The position numbers were made by a program, and so were the translations under genes. A DNA stretch of 52,522 nt, counting the filler, from Catajapyx aquilonaris (taxonomy: Eukaryota): assembly GCA_000934665.2 (NCBI GenBank). It is 3 parts of 3 records of this genome, joined end to end, with 100 filler letters (N's around TTAATTAATTAA, not from the genome) between each part and the next. Parts side by side here need not be neighbours in the genome. Positions count along the whole stretch, not along the records: positions 35,052 to 52,522 come from JYFJ02006958.1; 2 more parts are not named here. One strand, 5' to 3'. The notes beneath the pieces were generated by a model, which was not told the origin of the DNA, did no database searches, and saw nothing but the letters and a program-made list of their open reading frames with translations. Positions 36,554-49,019 of the stretch are shown here, piece by piece. Position 1 is the stretch's first letter. Each line of letters begins with the position of its first letter.

Positions 36554-36862
36554 CAGGGTGTATCTGAACTCAGTGCCCCGACGTATATGACTGCCTTCCT
36601 AGCCACCAGAGGCGATTTAAGTATAGGAGTCATTATGTCTGGCCGCCGCATTACTGAGATAAATGCCCGCAAACATGTAGTACAATATATCCTGTCGGTT
36701 AGGCCACCCATCAAACCCTCCTCCAGTCAGAAGGAGCGATTAGGCAAAAATCGCTAAAGAGTGTATCTCAGTAATGAGGCTGCCCAGACATAATGACTCC
36801 TCTACATAAGTTGATCCTCTGGTGGCTAGGAAGGCAGTCATATACTTCTGTGCACTGTTCAG
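36554..36862. mobile_element. Palindromic Tc1/mariner-type MITE
   Basis: TA-CAGGGTG start; arms TATATGACTGCCTTCCTAGCCACCAGAGG / CCTCTGGTGGCTAGGAAGGCAGTCATATA. Confidence 0.75.
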
Positions 36863-37862
36863 GCTGGTAAAGGTAGGGGTACATATACAGTATTTTAGGA
36901 AGTGTGTTTGTTTGTAAAAATTTCCCTTCCATAAACTCGAAACTCGATATGTCTTAAAATAGGCCTTATAAGTTGCAATAAGCGAAAGTTTGTCACTCTG
37001 TGATAGATTACCTGCTTGTCTCATAGCGTATGTAGTCGACACAGATATTCTGATTGGATGTGTAAAAAGAGGAATGCAGATGGAGTTGGCCCAGGAAAAG
37101 ACTGCACAGTCATGTGTTTCCCCCCCTCCCCCCCCCCCTGCATTTTTGACCCCTTGACCCTCCAACTCCACTTCACACCCCCACCTCGTTCCATATGTTT
37201 ACTCTGAAGAAATTTAGAAATGTACGTACAGATCTCGGTACAGATGCATGGTGGGTATGGAGAACTTCGAGTTATAGCAATTCGAGTTAGGGAAGTTTAT
37301 TTCCTATTATTTTACATTGTGACCAACCAAGCTCATCATTTTCTTCGACTTAGGGAAGTTCGACATGGGAGTTTTACTGATATTTTATTGTACTTATTTT
37401 TGTCTGGAAGTCTAGTTGCAAATCCCACAAAATCCCGGAATGACCATATGATACGAACTCACGTGAGGTGGCCAATTAGCGCAATTGGTGGATGTGTTGA
37501 ATTTACGGCAATACTTTAATTTCCTATAGGTATTGTTGCGTAAGGGCATTTCCATGGGATTGCGAACTTGGGAAAAGATAAATTGTTGTTGTTGCTATAG
37601 AAGTTGATGTAATTATGTTAATAGTTGAGGCGCAAGTAGGGAGAAGATTCGGGAATATGAGTGTTGTGGGAGTTAGGTTCATTTTCGGAAGCTGAAACAT
37701 GCGGCGTTAGATTCCTTGGAAAATGTAGCCCCCGATATGCTACTTTAAGGCGGTGTAAGGACCTTCCCCTGGATTTCTATAAGGGACAAACAAACTGACA
37801 AACTTCCTTATTTATAGATATAGAGATATATATTTTTTTTAAAGTTATTTTTAAAGCCATAA

Positions 37863-38708
37863 AATATTTTATTCGCATAATTAAAAACGTATTTATTGGC
37901 AGCAGGTAAATACTTCCAGTCAAATGGTCCATCCCAAAGTATTTCATTAGGCCTATTGTCCATGTCAAAACATAAGGTTAATTCGACTTCCCTGTAGAAA
38001 AGCTCTTTTTCCTTCTTATTAGGGCTTCTTTCTTTTCAAATAATACTTCTAACTTAAAAGCCCTAATAAGAAGGAATAAAAAGAGCTTTTCTGCACGGAA
38101 ATCGAATTAACCTCATGTTTTGACATGGACAATAGGCCTAATGAAATACTTTGGGATGGACCATTTGACTGGAAGTTTTTACCTGCCGCCAATAAATGCG
38201 TTTTTAGTTACCATATTTACACGCAGATAAGACGCACCTTTTTTCCGATTTTTGTAGCTCAAAAAGTAGGGTGCGTCTTATACGCGTGTGCGTCTTATGT
38301 GGCAGGGCACAACGGGTGAAACCCGTGAGAAATCGTGAAAATCGTTTATTGAAAAATTTAAAAACATCGCACATTCGAATCAGTCATCGTCACTCTCCTC
38401 GGCCGTCCACACACGTGCACAATTCCGGTGTGACCTTGCCACCTATACGTTTCAGATGCGTAGCATTGTCCCATTTTCCACTTTCCCCCCCCTTTTACTG
38501 GATTCTAATGGATTCCACACGCACATGCATTGCACATGAGGTTGCTGCCGGCAGCTCGAGGCCAGTTCCCAAACTACGGCAATAAATCTGGGTGCGTCTT
38601 ATATAAGTCAACAACCGATTTTCCACGATTTTTCGCCTCAAAACTGGGGTACGTCTTATGCGCGTGTGCATTTTATATGCGCGTAAATACGGTATGTGAA
38701 TAAAATAT
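37863..38708. mobile_element. Foldback element with its right arm interrupted
   Basis: About 150-bp inverted arms (37863-38025 vs 38058-38210, resuming at 38695). Confidence 0.7.
38211..38692. mobile_element. pogo-like MITE
   Basis: TA-CCATATTTACACGC...GCGCGTAAATACGG-TA. Confidence 0.8.
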
Positions 38709-39075
38709 GTTCATTTTTCACAACAAACCTTCAATCGAAACCCTGACTACCCGGACCGTCTGAGACTATCCAGATAGTGCGGATCTGGGAAGAGGGATCC
38801 CAAACAGGTTCGGATATCCAGATACCGGACAGTCTGGGTATCATGATAAATGTTGAAGCCATAGTAGATACCTCGCCCCAAGATTCTCTCTATGTCTCAT
38901 GCCTCATTCCACATGGTCCAGTTAACCCTTGGTGGGGGCTATGCCCCAATGGGGTGTGGCTGTAGTAGCAGCTGCTACCCCATGAGTCTCAAGAGTTCAT
39001 TGCTGCTATGGTGCAGGCACACTGCTTCCCTGGAAGGGAGGTAGCTGTTCTCTCATCAGGGTGTAGACACCTGCA

Positions 39076-39360
39076 TTGAACGTGGACACTGTTTTCCTGA
39101 AACCTTGTCAGTGTCAGGTAGTTTCAGATCGGTTTCAATACAAAAGCATTAATCCGTTTCTTGAATTGGCTACCCCCTCCAGACATTCCCTTGCTGTGGA
39201 AGAGCAGGTGTTGCCTGCTCTCTACTTCTATGCCTGTGGAAACACCCAGTGGCAAGTAGGCATATGGGAATCAAAGCCAGCAAACAGTCAGCAATCAGTC
39301 ACTGTCATGACTGATGCTGTATTGGGTGCTCTCATGGGAATGATTGACTACACGGACAAC
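39076..39360 (+). pseudogene. Decayed Harbinger (HARBI1-like) transposase fragment
   Basis: SLAVEEQVLPALYFYACG...SQQSV resembles the helix-turn-helix region; degenerate inverted flanks near 38930-39000 and 39580-39650. Confidence 0.65.
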
Positions 39361-39773
39361 CCACAATCTGTTTTTGACAGAAAAGTCATCTTGAACTAAA
39401 AGCATGGTAGGACATGGTCCCAATTCATTCTAAAATGAAATTGGCACCAATTCAGTATTTTCTTTTGTGCTACCCCAAGGGAGGGGATTTGAGCAAGGAA
39501 TGTAACGAATGCTTCCGCTGCCCCACGTGCGAGGCATGGGGAGCATGGTAGCAGATACCACTGACTCACTGGAGTAGAACTACTCTTAAGACTCATGAGG
39601 CACAGGCACCTGCAACCCCCCATCCCACCAGGGGTAGGCTCCCCACCCTTTTGGGAGGCCATCACCAAACTCCAGGCTAGGGGCCTTAGTGTACCTTCCC
39701 TTTTTTTTCAAGAGGAAAAACCACATTTTTCAGCCTGTATTTAATTCACACTCAGATTCAAGAGGGTAAATAC

Positions 39774-40130
39774 CTGCTTCAGAAGGCGCTTCAGGTGGTA
39801 ACGCTTTCCGCATATCTCACAAGCATATGGCTTTCCTTTGTGAGTCCGGAAGTGACTGATCATTGATTCCTTCGTTGGAAATGTATTTTCACAGCCATAA
39901 TAACGGCATGGAAACCAATCTTCCAGCATTGCTGCCCTACTTTTCTTGGCTCTCCCAGCTGCATTTTCCGTGGCTGCACTATGAGGTAATGTAGCCTGGC
40001 TACCTCCGTGGTCGTGTTGTGGAGTTGGAGACACATCAGGACACGGGACAGGTATTCGGGACCCTTTAGCAAATGAAGATTCGAATTCCAAAATGATGAA
40101 GTCTGCAGAACTTATTACAACTGCATTGAC
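39774..40130 (-). CDS. C2H2 zinc-finger protein exon (partial gene)
   Basis: FPCRYYGCENTFPTKESMISHFRTH then KPYACEICGKRYHLKRLLKQ; ttccag acceptor and GTATTT donor; an alternative acceptor gives a start at 40102. Confidence 0.75.
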
Positions 40131-40502
40131 CTGGAATAGATACAAATTTTCAATTTTGGTTATTGATACCCCAACTCTTAGGAGCCCTGAGGACATTACC
40201 ATTAGAAAACTCTGAACCTTCCTAGTACCCACAATTGAAGGAATAAAAAGGAAGAACCACTACCGTGACCATGGACATTCCTGGGAAAATTGATAAAATA
40301 TGTACGGGTCATTCTCACGAAACAGGCCAAAGCAATGTCCTTTCACCCTATGTCAACTACATGATGCTGTTCTCACTGTTTCATATTTCTTTGGACAGCC
40401 CCTAATGGGCACAATGTAGGGTGCATGTCAAAACAGCGAAGTTAGCCTCTGCTTAGAAGAGAAAAATTACCATATCAGTGAAATGTCATTCCCTCACCCA
40501 CA

Positions 40503-40852
40503 GTCTTAGAATACTTAGGTCTGGACACTTCCCTCTGATCTCCTTTTATCACCTTTGGGGGGTCTGACGAGGTGGGAGGTGACCACATGACAGCACTCTA
40601 AGGCACTTTTCTTCAGGGGCGAAACCTGTGGCGACCGCACCAGACTCGGGATTCCTCTGAACTTCTCTTTACTTAAGTTTTGAGGAGTCACAAGTCCGGT
40701 GGGGTCGCCACAGGTCTAGTCCCTGAAGAAAAGCGCCATAAAGCGATATCATGCGGTCACCTCACACAAACCACCCAGTCAGACCCCCCCCCCCCCCAAA
40801 GGCGATAAGAGCAAATAAGAGGGTAGTGTCCAAACTTGAGTATTCTAAGACC
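40503..40852. mobile_element. Foldback MITE, unclassified
   Basis: Arms GTCTTAGAATACT...GGACACT / AGTGTCC...AGTATTCTAAGAC plus an inner inverted pair at 40601-40738. Confidence 0.65.
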
Positions 40853-41420
40853 ATGCCCTCACGTGTCCCAATTTGCATTTTCAGTACTACACTCTGTAAT
40901 ATATCACTAAGTACTGTGAGTATGAGTTTATTTTCCGACAGAGCATGTTCTCCATTATTGAAACTGATGCCATGATACATGAATGGTTGCACCTGATGAA
41001 ACTACTCTGAACTTCCATGCTGTCCCATGTAAATTTCGCCATGCCCTCGTCCGAGGTCATGGGCTGTGACAATATTTTTTCTTCCTTAGAGGGAACATGT
41101 CCTTCTCAGAAAAAAATTACCACCACGATTTCACTACTTTCAATATATATTTTTTATTTACATCAGTTTGGCCTATTTTGTGAGAATAACCTATACATGT
41201 AAAACTGGAAGATGTGAAGAGTCAGTCCTTCTTCATAAAGTTTTCAATGTGCTTTTTTTTTAAAATAATAAATTCTGTGATAGAATAACCCAAGAAATAC
41301 CAAAAATTTCCCACGAAGGTTATCATATGGCAAGAAGTTTTGTTGTGTGTGTCTTGGGTACATTGCAGATGAAATATTCATTGCTGAAAACCCAATCTCA
41401 CCATATGCAGGCGATCTTAA

Positions 41421-41872
41421 GGCGGGGATAAGGATAATAATCGGGACTTCTACGAGTTCCAAGAGGACGATAGACAGAGGATCCCACCCTCGCTACACAA
41501 AACCATTCCCTCTAGCCACAATAAAAACCGTAAAAATTAGGGTTCACCCAACTTCTAGTAGTTCTCAAATCAGTCAAATTTTGACAAAATTATTATTTGC
41601 CGAAAGGTTATATCTAAATATAAAAATCGGCTTCACGGGTCCGGAGCACCTCATTTTTCTGCATTTTTGGGTGCTTGTTACGACATGACTTAAAATTTTA
41701 CAACGGCGTAAATTACTCCCGTATCAAGTGACTTTTAAAAATTCTATATTAAGAATATGGGAAAAGTACCTCACACATGTGTAAGAGAGAGGTCAGTTAC
41801 ACTTCCACAAAAAAAAATTCTGTTCTGCTGTTGTTAGTTAGCGAGAACTTTACTCCCTAATTTATCCCCCCC
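41421..41872. mobile_element. Kolobok-like non-autonomous element
   Basis: TTAA-GGCGGGGATAA...TTATCCCCCCC-TTAA; homologous to 50255-50718. Confidence 0.7.
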
Positions 41873-42399
41873 TTAAGTGATGCACTGCAAAAGTGCCACA
41901 AAATCCCCTGCAGGTCATGGTCCCGCACACAGGTTACACTTACCGGGGAAGTTGCATCAGCCAAGTGGATAAAGCATTTATAGGTGGAAGGTTTCAGGTT
42001 CATGCACATAAGCCGCCATCCCTTATTTTCCCACATGGCCTACCCTTCCTGGCAACCTCAAAATTTTGTTTCTGCAAAGACCAAAAGAAAATACTCTCCA
42101 TGCACTTGTGACAGCCCCCGCATCCAGCAGATGGAATTAGTTGTCGAGTTGTCGGGATGCAGGGGGTATGGGTGATGACCTGGGGGGGAGGCTTTGTCCT
42201 GCAGTAAGCAGTCATAAGGCAGCCTCAACTGAGGCTAGGTCTAATAGATAGGTTGTTGGCAACCTAGTGTATTACTGGACCATGACTGCGACCTGGAGTG
42301 AACTCTGTATGGTCTGGGGAGATGACCTCAGAGGGAGATCAGATCTCAAACACTTTACATGCAATATTTATTCTACCATTTCCTGTACTGGATTATTTA

Positions 42400-42767
42400 G
42401 AGGGAGGCGGAGTGGTGCTGCGGTAACGTATGCGCCCACGGATGTTAAGGTCCCGGGTTCGATCCCAGCCCGGGGACACCCCCTTCATCTCGTGCAGAGT
42501 TCAGGGTCACCTCTGGCTTCGTCTCGGGTGGTATTTCCAACAGACTAAACCACCCGGGGGAGTTCACTAAAAATGGCCATGTTTAAGACATTGCACTGCA
42601 CCTTGCACATCCCCTCCTGTCATCCTGCCCGTGGGCCCGGGCGTTTCAAATGAATAGGCACCAAATGTACCTCAATAAATACAGGTCCATGTGATATGCC
42701 CCCATGTGGGGGTGAAAGCACATTACCCCAGCATTATTATTATTTATTATTATTATTATTATTATTA
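42400..42767 (+). mobile_element. SINE family 3, copy C
   Basis: A and B boxes, (ATT)n tail, TSD TACTGRATTATTTA. Confidence 0.88.
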
Positions 42768-42946
42768 TACTGAATTATTTAACAGTGCACTAAATACAAG
42801 AAATCATTTACTGTTTATTTCCCACAGTGTAAAATACACAAACAGATTGTGACAAGTACAGTATATTAATTTTTAAGCAGTAACTGTGGTTGTATGTAGA
42901 AAATTATGGGTTACTGAGGGGTTCATCACTCCGGTGCTCTTATGTA

Positions 42947-43107
42947 CAGTAAGTTAAAGGAATATCTTTCCACACCAGAGCAAAAAATTAGCCTCCAACA
43001 GAAGTGCTGCCTCCCCCTGATGCAATAACTCACACTCCCCTAGGCAGCACCTCTGTTGGAGGCTAATTTCTTGGCCTGGTGTGGAAAGATACTTCTTTAA
43101 GCGACTG
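42947..43107. mobile_element. TA-flanked hairpin MITE
   Basis: Arms ATCTTTCCACACCAG...TTAGCCTCCAACAGA / TCTGTTGGAGGCTAA...CTGGTGTGGAAAGAT. Confidence 0.78.
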
Positions 43108-43439
43108 TACACCCTGGCCAATGTTCACCTAAAAGGGCCTTGGAAAAGCATATTACGGTCAAACTGCCTCAATTTTGTCAATTATACATGCTTCTCCACC
43201 CTTAAAAGATCTTCCTGCCCCCTCTTTAGATAACAACTCCATTAGCCTTATTTCTAGTGAAACGTGCAAATTTGTGCATTTCTTAGTTGTCTCTTGATTT
43301 CTGGGAAATAATGATTTGATGTAGCTTATTTTTTCCTTAGCAGTTAAAAGCAGGCAGAAAGGACTATTATTTCGGATAGCACTTCCTTTTCACCCCTTCA
43401 ATAAATTCTCTGAATGATGTTAAAAAATCAGATGCTCAC

Positions 43440-43853
43440 TTGATGCTTGTGGGCAACTTTGAAAGAATGTTGACAATTTCCACTCTTGATACCATTCTCG
43501 TCATCCTTAAAGCACTTGTCACACACGGCACATTCTTCCCGCAAGCTCATATCACCAATGTTCTTGGTCGAGAAATGGAACTGTAACTTGTTCCCTGACA
43601 CCCTGAGGATACCATTAAGTGGGCATCTGTAGGGGATGGCACTCGCTACACTGCTGCCTTTCTCTTCAGGTGGTTTTACTTCCAATGGTGGATTTGACAA
43701 GGATTCAAATGTAACGGTCTGAATATCCTTTAATGACTTGCGTTGCAAAGTTTGTGATGCAGAGTTCTTCTCGTGAAGCAACTTCGGATTCGGCACTGTT
43801 GGTTCATCTACTACATCATGGCTGCTGTCCATATTGTCAACAGGCTTGGAAAT
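43440..43853 (-). CDS. Probable upstream exon of the zinc-finger gene
   Basis: 138 open codons between a ttgcag acceptor and a GTGAGC donor; phase 0 fits the 40130 acceptor; CxxC motif; no recognisable homolog. Confidence 0.55.
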
Positions 43854-43927
43854 CTGCAACAACAGGACTTATTCATAAACTTGTCCAACATGTCATCCAT
43901 CAGGAGCTTGGCTAGCAACAGGTAGTA

Positions 43928-44088
43928 CAGTGTTGTACATTAATCGTGTCATACTACTAGCGACATTTTCTGAAGCGGCAGAAAAACTAATCAAAGCTAT
44001 AGATAGTGCAAGAATTGTGAGCAGGAGTCGTTCTTCTGCTGCTTCAGAAAATGTCGCTAGCGTATCACACAATGAATGTCCAACACTG
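43928..44088. mobile_element. TA-flanked hairpin MITE
   Basis: CAGTGTTG...CTAGCGACATTTTCTGAAGC / GCTTCAGAAAATGTCGCTAG...CAACACTG. Confidence 0.78.
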
Positions 44089-45090
44089 TACTACAACCAA
44101 CAGGAAAACCAATGGCCAGAGTTACAAGCAGATGGCCTGCAAAAGTTAGTGCAAGTTGTTGTGGTTGCCATTGCAACATTTTAATAAGTACGCAAGTGAC
44201 CTACACCTGGTTGCACACTGGAGGCAGACCATCATCCAAGGAATTAGTGCAGTTATTTATTGAAGGTTTCTAACCATTACTCATAATTGTGCACCACTAG
44301 TGACCAATCAACACACATTCTGCACCTGTCAATATGACGAAACTAGCATTATTGTGATACTGAAAGAACGGTTGGTTTTTTTCTGCCTGAAAATGCTCCT
44401 GGTTTACTCAAGTTTACTCCTAATTGTGTGTTAGTGTCACATAATTATGAGCTGGTCCTAGTCAAACACACATTTTCTGTAATTACATGAAAATGAAAGC
44501 AGTCATTTACCCAAGGAGTAACGGCAACCACCCAGATCAAAACTCAAGACAAAGGAAATACCATACATCCCCTGTCATGTTAAAATGCATTTGCATAATA
44601 ATCAGTACTTGGACTTTCACCCGCTGGATGTAAGATGTCTGGATATAGTTGGCAGCAATTTTGACACTACTATTGTAATGCGGGTGCCATAATGTGCTAT
44701 ATTACAATATTTTCAAGTCCTATATCTTTGACTCGACTGGACACAACATGGAGAGGTTATTCAAGTGGAGGGTCCCCCTTACCTGTTTGAAAATTCTCCT
44801 AATGTACAATACAAATCATTGGGCTGGCAAAACCTGCTGATATAATGACTGCACTGCCGGTGTGGGGTAGTGTGGGGAATCAGGCCTGAAGCCTGGGCCA
44901 ACCTGAGTCTGGCTCACGGATACGGAGTCACATATAATTATATACAAATACTCCTAGACCAACTACAGCCTCGACCAGCCTCGACCGTGGGTCGTGGGAG
45001 TCACCAAAGACCAAACACCAGCACCAGCCCAGCACTCACCCACTCACCATCACCAACCGAAGTCCGAAGAGCGCCTAAGTTTGCGCAGCC

Positions 45091-45103
45091 CCACTAGATG
45101 GCG
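45091..45103 (+). promoter_or_regulatory. CTCF consensus-like site
   Basis: CCACTAGATGGCG between the divergent zinc-finger gene and COMMD9; motif match only. Confidence 0.4.
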
Positions 45104-45690
45104 TTGATTAGTGGCGGGTCTGCTCAAGTTGAAAAGTAACAAGATTGCAACCACCTGCAAATCAGATGGAATGGCGTCCCGGTGTCCTCGAAGGATTGGC
45201 CACTGGTATGACCGTGGTCGTGGGTGTGACTAGAAAGGGGAAGGAAGGGATGAAAGCTGTGCTGAGGTGGAACCGGGTGGGACCACGGGTGGGACAGCAC
45301 CCATTTATTTTTATTATTAAACATTTTGAATGAAAATAGCGGTTAAAAATAGCTACTACGTATGTGGCCGGCGGAGCATACCGTGCTTTTTAGTAAGTCT
45401 GCATGACCTGGACATTATTCCTAATTAGATAATAATATTTGGTTAAAATACATGTTAAAATCTAGCTTTGAGGACTGAACTATTCAAATATGAGTGTCAT
45501 CCTGGGGGTGGCAACAGGTCACGTCAGCCCGCGTCAGCCAACAAAACAGGCCCAGGCGGACATGTTTGGTCGTTCGTAATCTTTATAGGTTTTTAGGGTT
45601 TTTATTTGCATGACTTCTGCTTACGGCAGCTTGACCAAAGAGGTCTCACGGTCAGCTCCCCACAGTACGTGACAGGCACATGACCCAGAG

Positions 45691-45747
45691 ATGAGCGTCT
45701 TGGACATGTCAGACGTCGATCTGGATGCGCTTCTGATCCTACTTCAG
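45691..45747 (+). CDS. COMMD9: COMM domain-containing protein 9, exon 1 (MSVLDMSDVDLDALLILLQ)
   Basis: ATG at 45691 (or 45706), donor GTTACA; resembles the human N-terminus ALQSLLK. Confidence 0.8.
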
Positions 45748-45850
45748 GTTACAAACTCAATCACTCCAAGTTGCAGACTGCATAGCTTGGGCAATGGACC
45801 AATGGTGATGTTTATAAGATTCTTATGGTTATTTTTCGTTTGTTCAACAG

Positions 45851-45985
45851 GCAAAGTCTAAAGAGCATGTGGCGGAAATTTGTGCAGATGCCCTCAAGAA
45901 CCGGAATGTGACTGGTAAGCCACCAGTCGAAGCCCTGACCAAAGTGACTCAGTACTTGTCGTGTGAAGCTTCTGAAGGAAACAAG
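45851..45985 (+). CDS. COMMD9: COMMD9 exon 2 (AKSKEHVAEIC...EGNK)
   Basis: Splice sites caacag / GTGAAT, phase 0; resembles ASSKDVVRQLC. Confidence 0.88.
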
Positions 45986-46165
45986 GTGAATGTAGATTGA
46001 AATTTAGGCTGGTCTACGTAATGCCATTTTGGAGAGTATTAACTAGACAATGTAGTATTTTAAGTAAGGATTTTAAATGGCATAATTGATATTATCTGAT
46101 ATTATGTAGTTTTGTACTCATAAACTACTGAATACTAATAGAAGCTATTACTCTCATATTTCCAG

Positions 46166-46444
46166 CTCATCTTGGCTCTAGGTCAAATTATAAATGTAGC
46201 CATTTATGAGAGCGTCACAAAACCAGAAGAAGTGTCCAATCTGCTTCCGTCAAGTTTTCATAGCAACCTGCGTGACTTGCTAGGAAAGATCATTGTTCAG
46301 CTCCTTCCTCAAGCCACAGTTCAATTGAGAAATGAGCAGGTTTCATTTCCAAAGCTGATTGATTTCAAGTGGCAAGTGGATATGAAGGTTGAGGACAGCT
46401 CTGGAAGCAAAGTGAATCAGCCGAAGTGTTTCCTGCAGTTAACA
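46166..46444 (+). CDS. COMMD9: COMMD9 exon 3
   Basis: FHSNLRDLLGKII...SFPKLIDFKWQVDMK...PKCFLQL vs human FHQNLKNLLTKII...SLPRLVDLDWRVDIK...PTCLLQM. Confidence 0.93.
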
Positions 46445-46497
46445 GTGAGGAACATGCTTGTGGTCAATCAATCATGAATAAATTCAATTATAATTAA

Positions 46498-47778
46498 AGA
46501 GCCCCTGTCCCAAAAATTAAAACTTGCATTTTAAAATCATCATATGACCTTCCAAAAGCATGCAGTTGAAATTTTGATGCTTCAAACAAACGATATGAAT
46601 TGTCAAAGTTTGACACTTGGCCATGTGTGGCATCACTTCAACAATGGAGTTTCTCTTGGCTATGCATTGGTGGCTGTGGTTGCCTTCCACAGCATTGACA
46701 GCTGCTTTTGTTGCTATTAGGTGTGTGTTTCCACTGGGAAGAGTAGTATTTACAAGGTTGCAAAGCTCAAATAAGAGTGACTAATACAAATTGAAAGGCG
46801 TCGCGAGTGAGAACATTGGCTCACATCTATACTCAGTACATCAGTAGGGCTGACCAATGGTTCAAAATAATTGTGAGGGGTCACTTCAAAGCTAGACCAA
46901 AGTGACCCTTGGATGCTTGGAATGCCCTCCTAGTGGCCCGATTCACTGCCAAAATATCTGCCCCTTCCATATGCTCCATTGTGGAGCTAGTGACTAATAA
47001 CATCATAAGTACCGTATTACCTCTCATATTGCGGCACGTCGGTATAAAACGAGGTCGACCAGCATGCCGGTATAACCCGGGGGTGGCCGGTATGCAGCAA
47101 TAACCGAGGTAGATTTCCGTAATTTTGATCCTTGCCAAATTTTTTGGAAGTCTGCTGGTACCATACTAAAATAATGTTACAATGAAAATGGGAGAGTGTA
47201 GTACAGGCTGTGAGAATATGCCAGTTCTGTGTTGCACAGTGCATTTAAAAAATGTAGCGTGTGTGACCGCTCCCATCGTCAGCCTGCTTTGACAGGGAAA
47301 CCCCCTGCTCTAACATACTGTTTAAATAGAGATTATTGCCAAACACTGCGATTGAAAACAATATATGGTACAGGCACCCTATTTGGAAAATGTGCCTTTT
47401 CGATAGCCTTTACGTGAATTCCGATTTTCAGGCAAATGTCAAGTTCAGAAAGGATCATGTAACTTATGTGAAAACCTCGCCATATACCGGCATACCTCGC
47501 CTTATATCGGCATGCTGGTATAGCCACCACATCATGCATTTCTAAAAACTGGTCGACCTCGCCTGCACTGGCATGCCGCAGTATGAGAGGTAATAAGGTA
47601 ATAGTAGGAGGGAAAGTGAAGTGGAGCAGACAAGGAGCACCACTTTCCTTTCCCATGCATTTTTTGACTGTGTTAAAGATTTGATTGTGAGACAAGTAAC
47701 TTTTCAGATACTATGGTCCCGGACAGACACATTCCGTGCATAGTTTTAAAAAAATTAAAATTTGGAGACAGTGGCCCT
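46498..47778. mobile_element. Kolobok-like element in COMMD9 intron 3
   Basis: TTAA-AGAGCCCCTGTCCCAAA...TTTGGAGACAGTGGCCCT-TTAA. Confidence 0.7.
47012..47598. mobile_element. pogo-like MITE nested in the Kolobok-like element
   Basis: TA-CCGTATTACCTCTCATA...TATGAGAGGTAATAAGG-TA. Confidence 0.8.
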
Positions 47779-47862
47779 TTAAAGCTTGTCATGTTCAAAG
47801 CATTTGTTTCAGGATCACTTGCTGGGTTGCAAGATAATTCTTGGTGGAAGTTGCTCCTAATA

Positions 47863-48200
47863 ACACTAGGGAACAAAATTGAACTTTTCTTCTGGCACAT
47901 GTACACGAATGTGTGATTCTTATTGCACTTTTTGTGCTGATTTCAAATATGTTAACCAATTTATTATATCACCCACAGTTTTTGAGTAATCAGCATTTTA
48001 TGGTAGCAAGTAACTTCCTTCGATGAATATGTAGCACTGATCTACAAAATTGCACCTTTTTTGGCACATGTACATGAATGTGCAATTATTAGAGTACATT
48101 TTGTCATGATTTCAAATCTGTTAACCATTTGATTCTATCACCTACAGTTTTTGAGTCATTGGCATTTTTATGGTATCAAAAAATTTCTCTTAATGTAGGC
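47863..48200. repeat. DNA-transposon end with two tandem subterminal repeats of about 170 bp
   Basis: TGGCACATGTACAYGAATGTG...CAGTTTTTGAGT...TTTTATGGTA repeated near 47893 and 48062; starts TAA-CACTAG. Confidence 0.55.
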
Positions 48201-48878
48201 TAGAGTCATACACTGAAATAAAATTTAGCCTACATGTCCTATATGTGCAATGAACTTTTGTTTTTTGGAAATAGTGTCCAGGGAATTTATAAAATGCAAG
48301 AAAAACACCGACCGACTACAAAAGACCAACCATCACGGAGTTCCCATAAACGCCGTTTTGGCCACTGGGCGCTACCTCCGCACCATCGTACTTCGGTATT
48401 TCGCCGTCAGATGTCACTGCCTGGTCTGCGTCTCTCTCTCTCCCCCTCTCCACTTTCGCAATTTTGCCTAATTGTTTTTGCCAAATTTTGGCAATTGGTG
48501 CCTAGTATTAGTTATATTGAGCACTGCAGTGTACTTTCTACGAAGTAAGGTATGGCTGTTACAAAAAAATGGAGGGTGATGGACACATTCTGACTTCATA
48601 TTTGGAATCATGCATTAGAAACAGATAAAATTATTGTTCACGTGCCAAAATCAGTTGACTAGCGAATAGTACTACCATACTCCAAAACACTCAGTTTTTT
48701 CTAACCCATTTCTTGAGTTCATAAAATTCGGTTTGAAAATCAGAAATTTACCCCTTTTTTGGTTTGCAAGTGGCCACAAAAAGTGCTGGAAGCCTGGAAT
48801 CTTCCAGAATTTTAATTTTAATGGCACTGGTAAATGACACTGTCCGATATTTTGAGTCACTTATTATTAATTTTTCAG

Positions 48879-49019
48879 ATTCAAGACCCGCAGCCAACCG
48901 TTGGTGTAGATCCTGAGTCATCAAATGTAACAGTTGAACTTCCTAAACCAGTAATGACCAAAATGCTGCAAGATTTTGGCCTGATCAAAGACCAACTTGG
49001 AGCCATTGCCAAAAAATAA
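48879..49019 (+). CDS. COMMD9: COMMD9 exon 4, terminal; predicted protein 203 aa
   Basis: IQDP...VTVELPKPVMTKMLQDFGLIKDQLGAIAKK* vs human IQEDP...VTVELSKETLDTMLDGLGRIRDQLSAVASK. Confidence 0.93.
   Translation: MQDPQPTVGVDPESSNVTVELPKPVMTKMLQDFGLIKDQLGAIAKK

Noticed and set aside
44860..45095. Solo LTR upstream of COMMD9
   Set aside because: TGTGGGG/CCCCAC ends are present but there is no clean terminus or TSD
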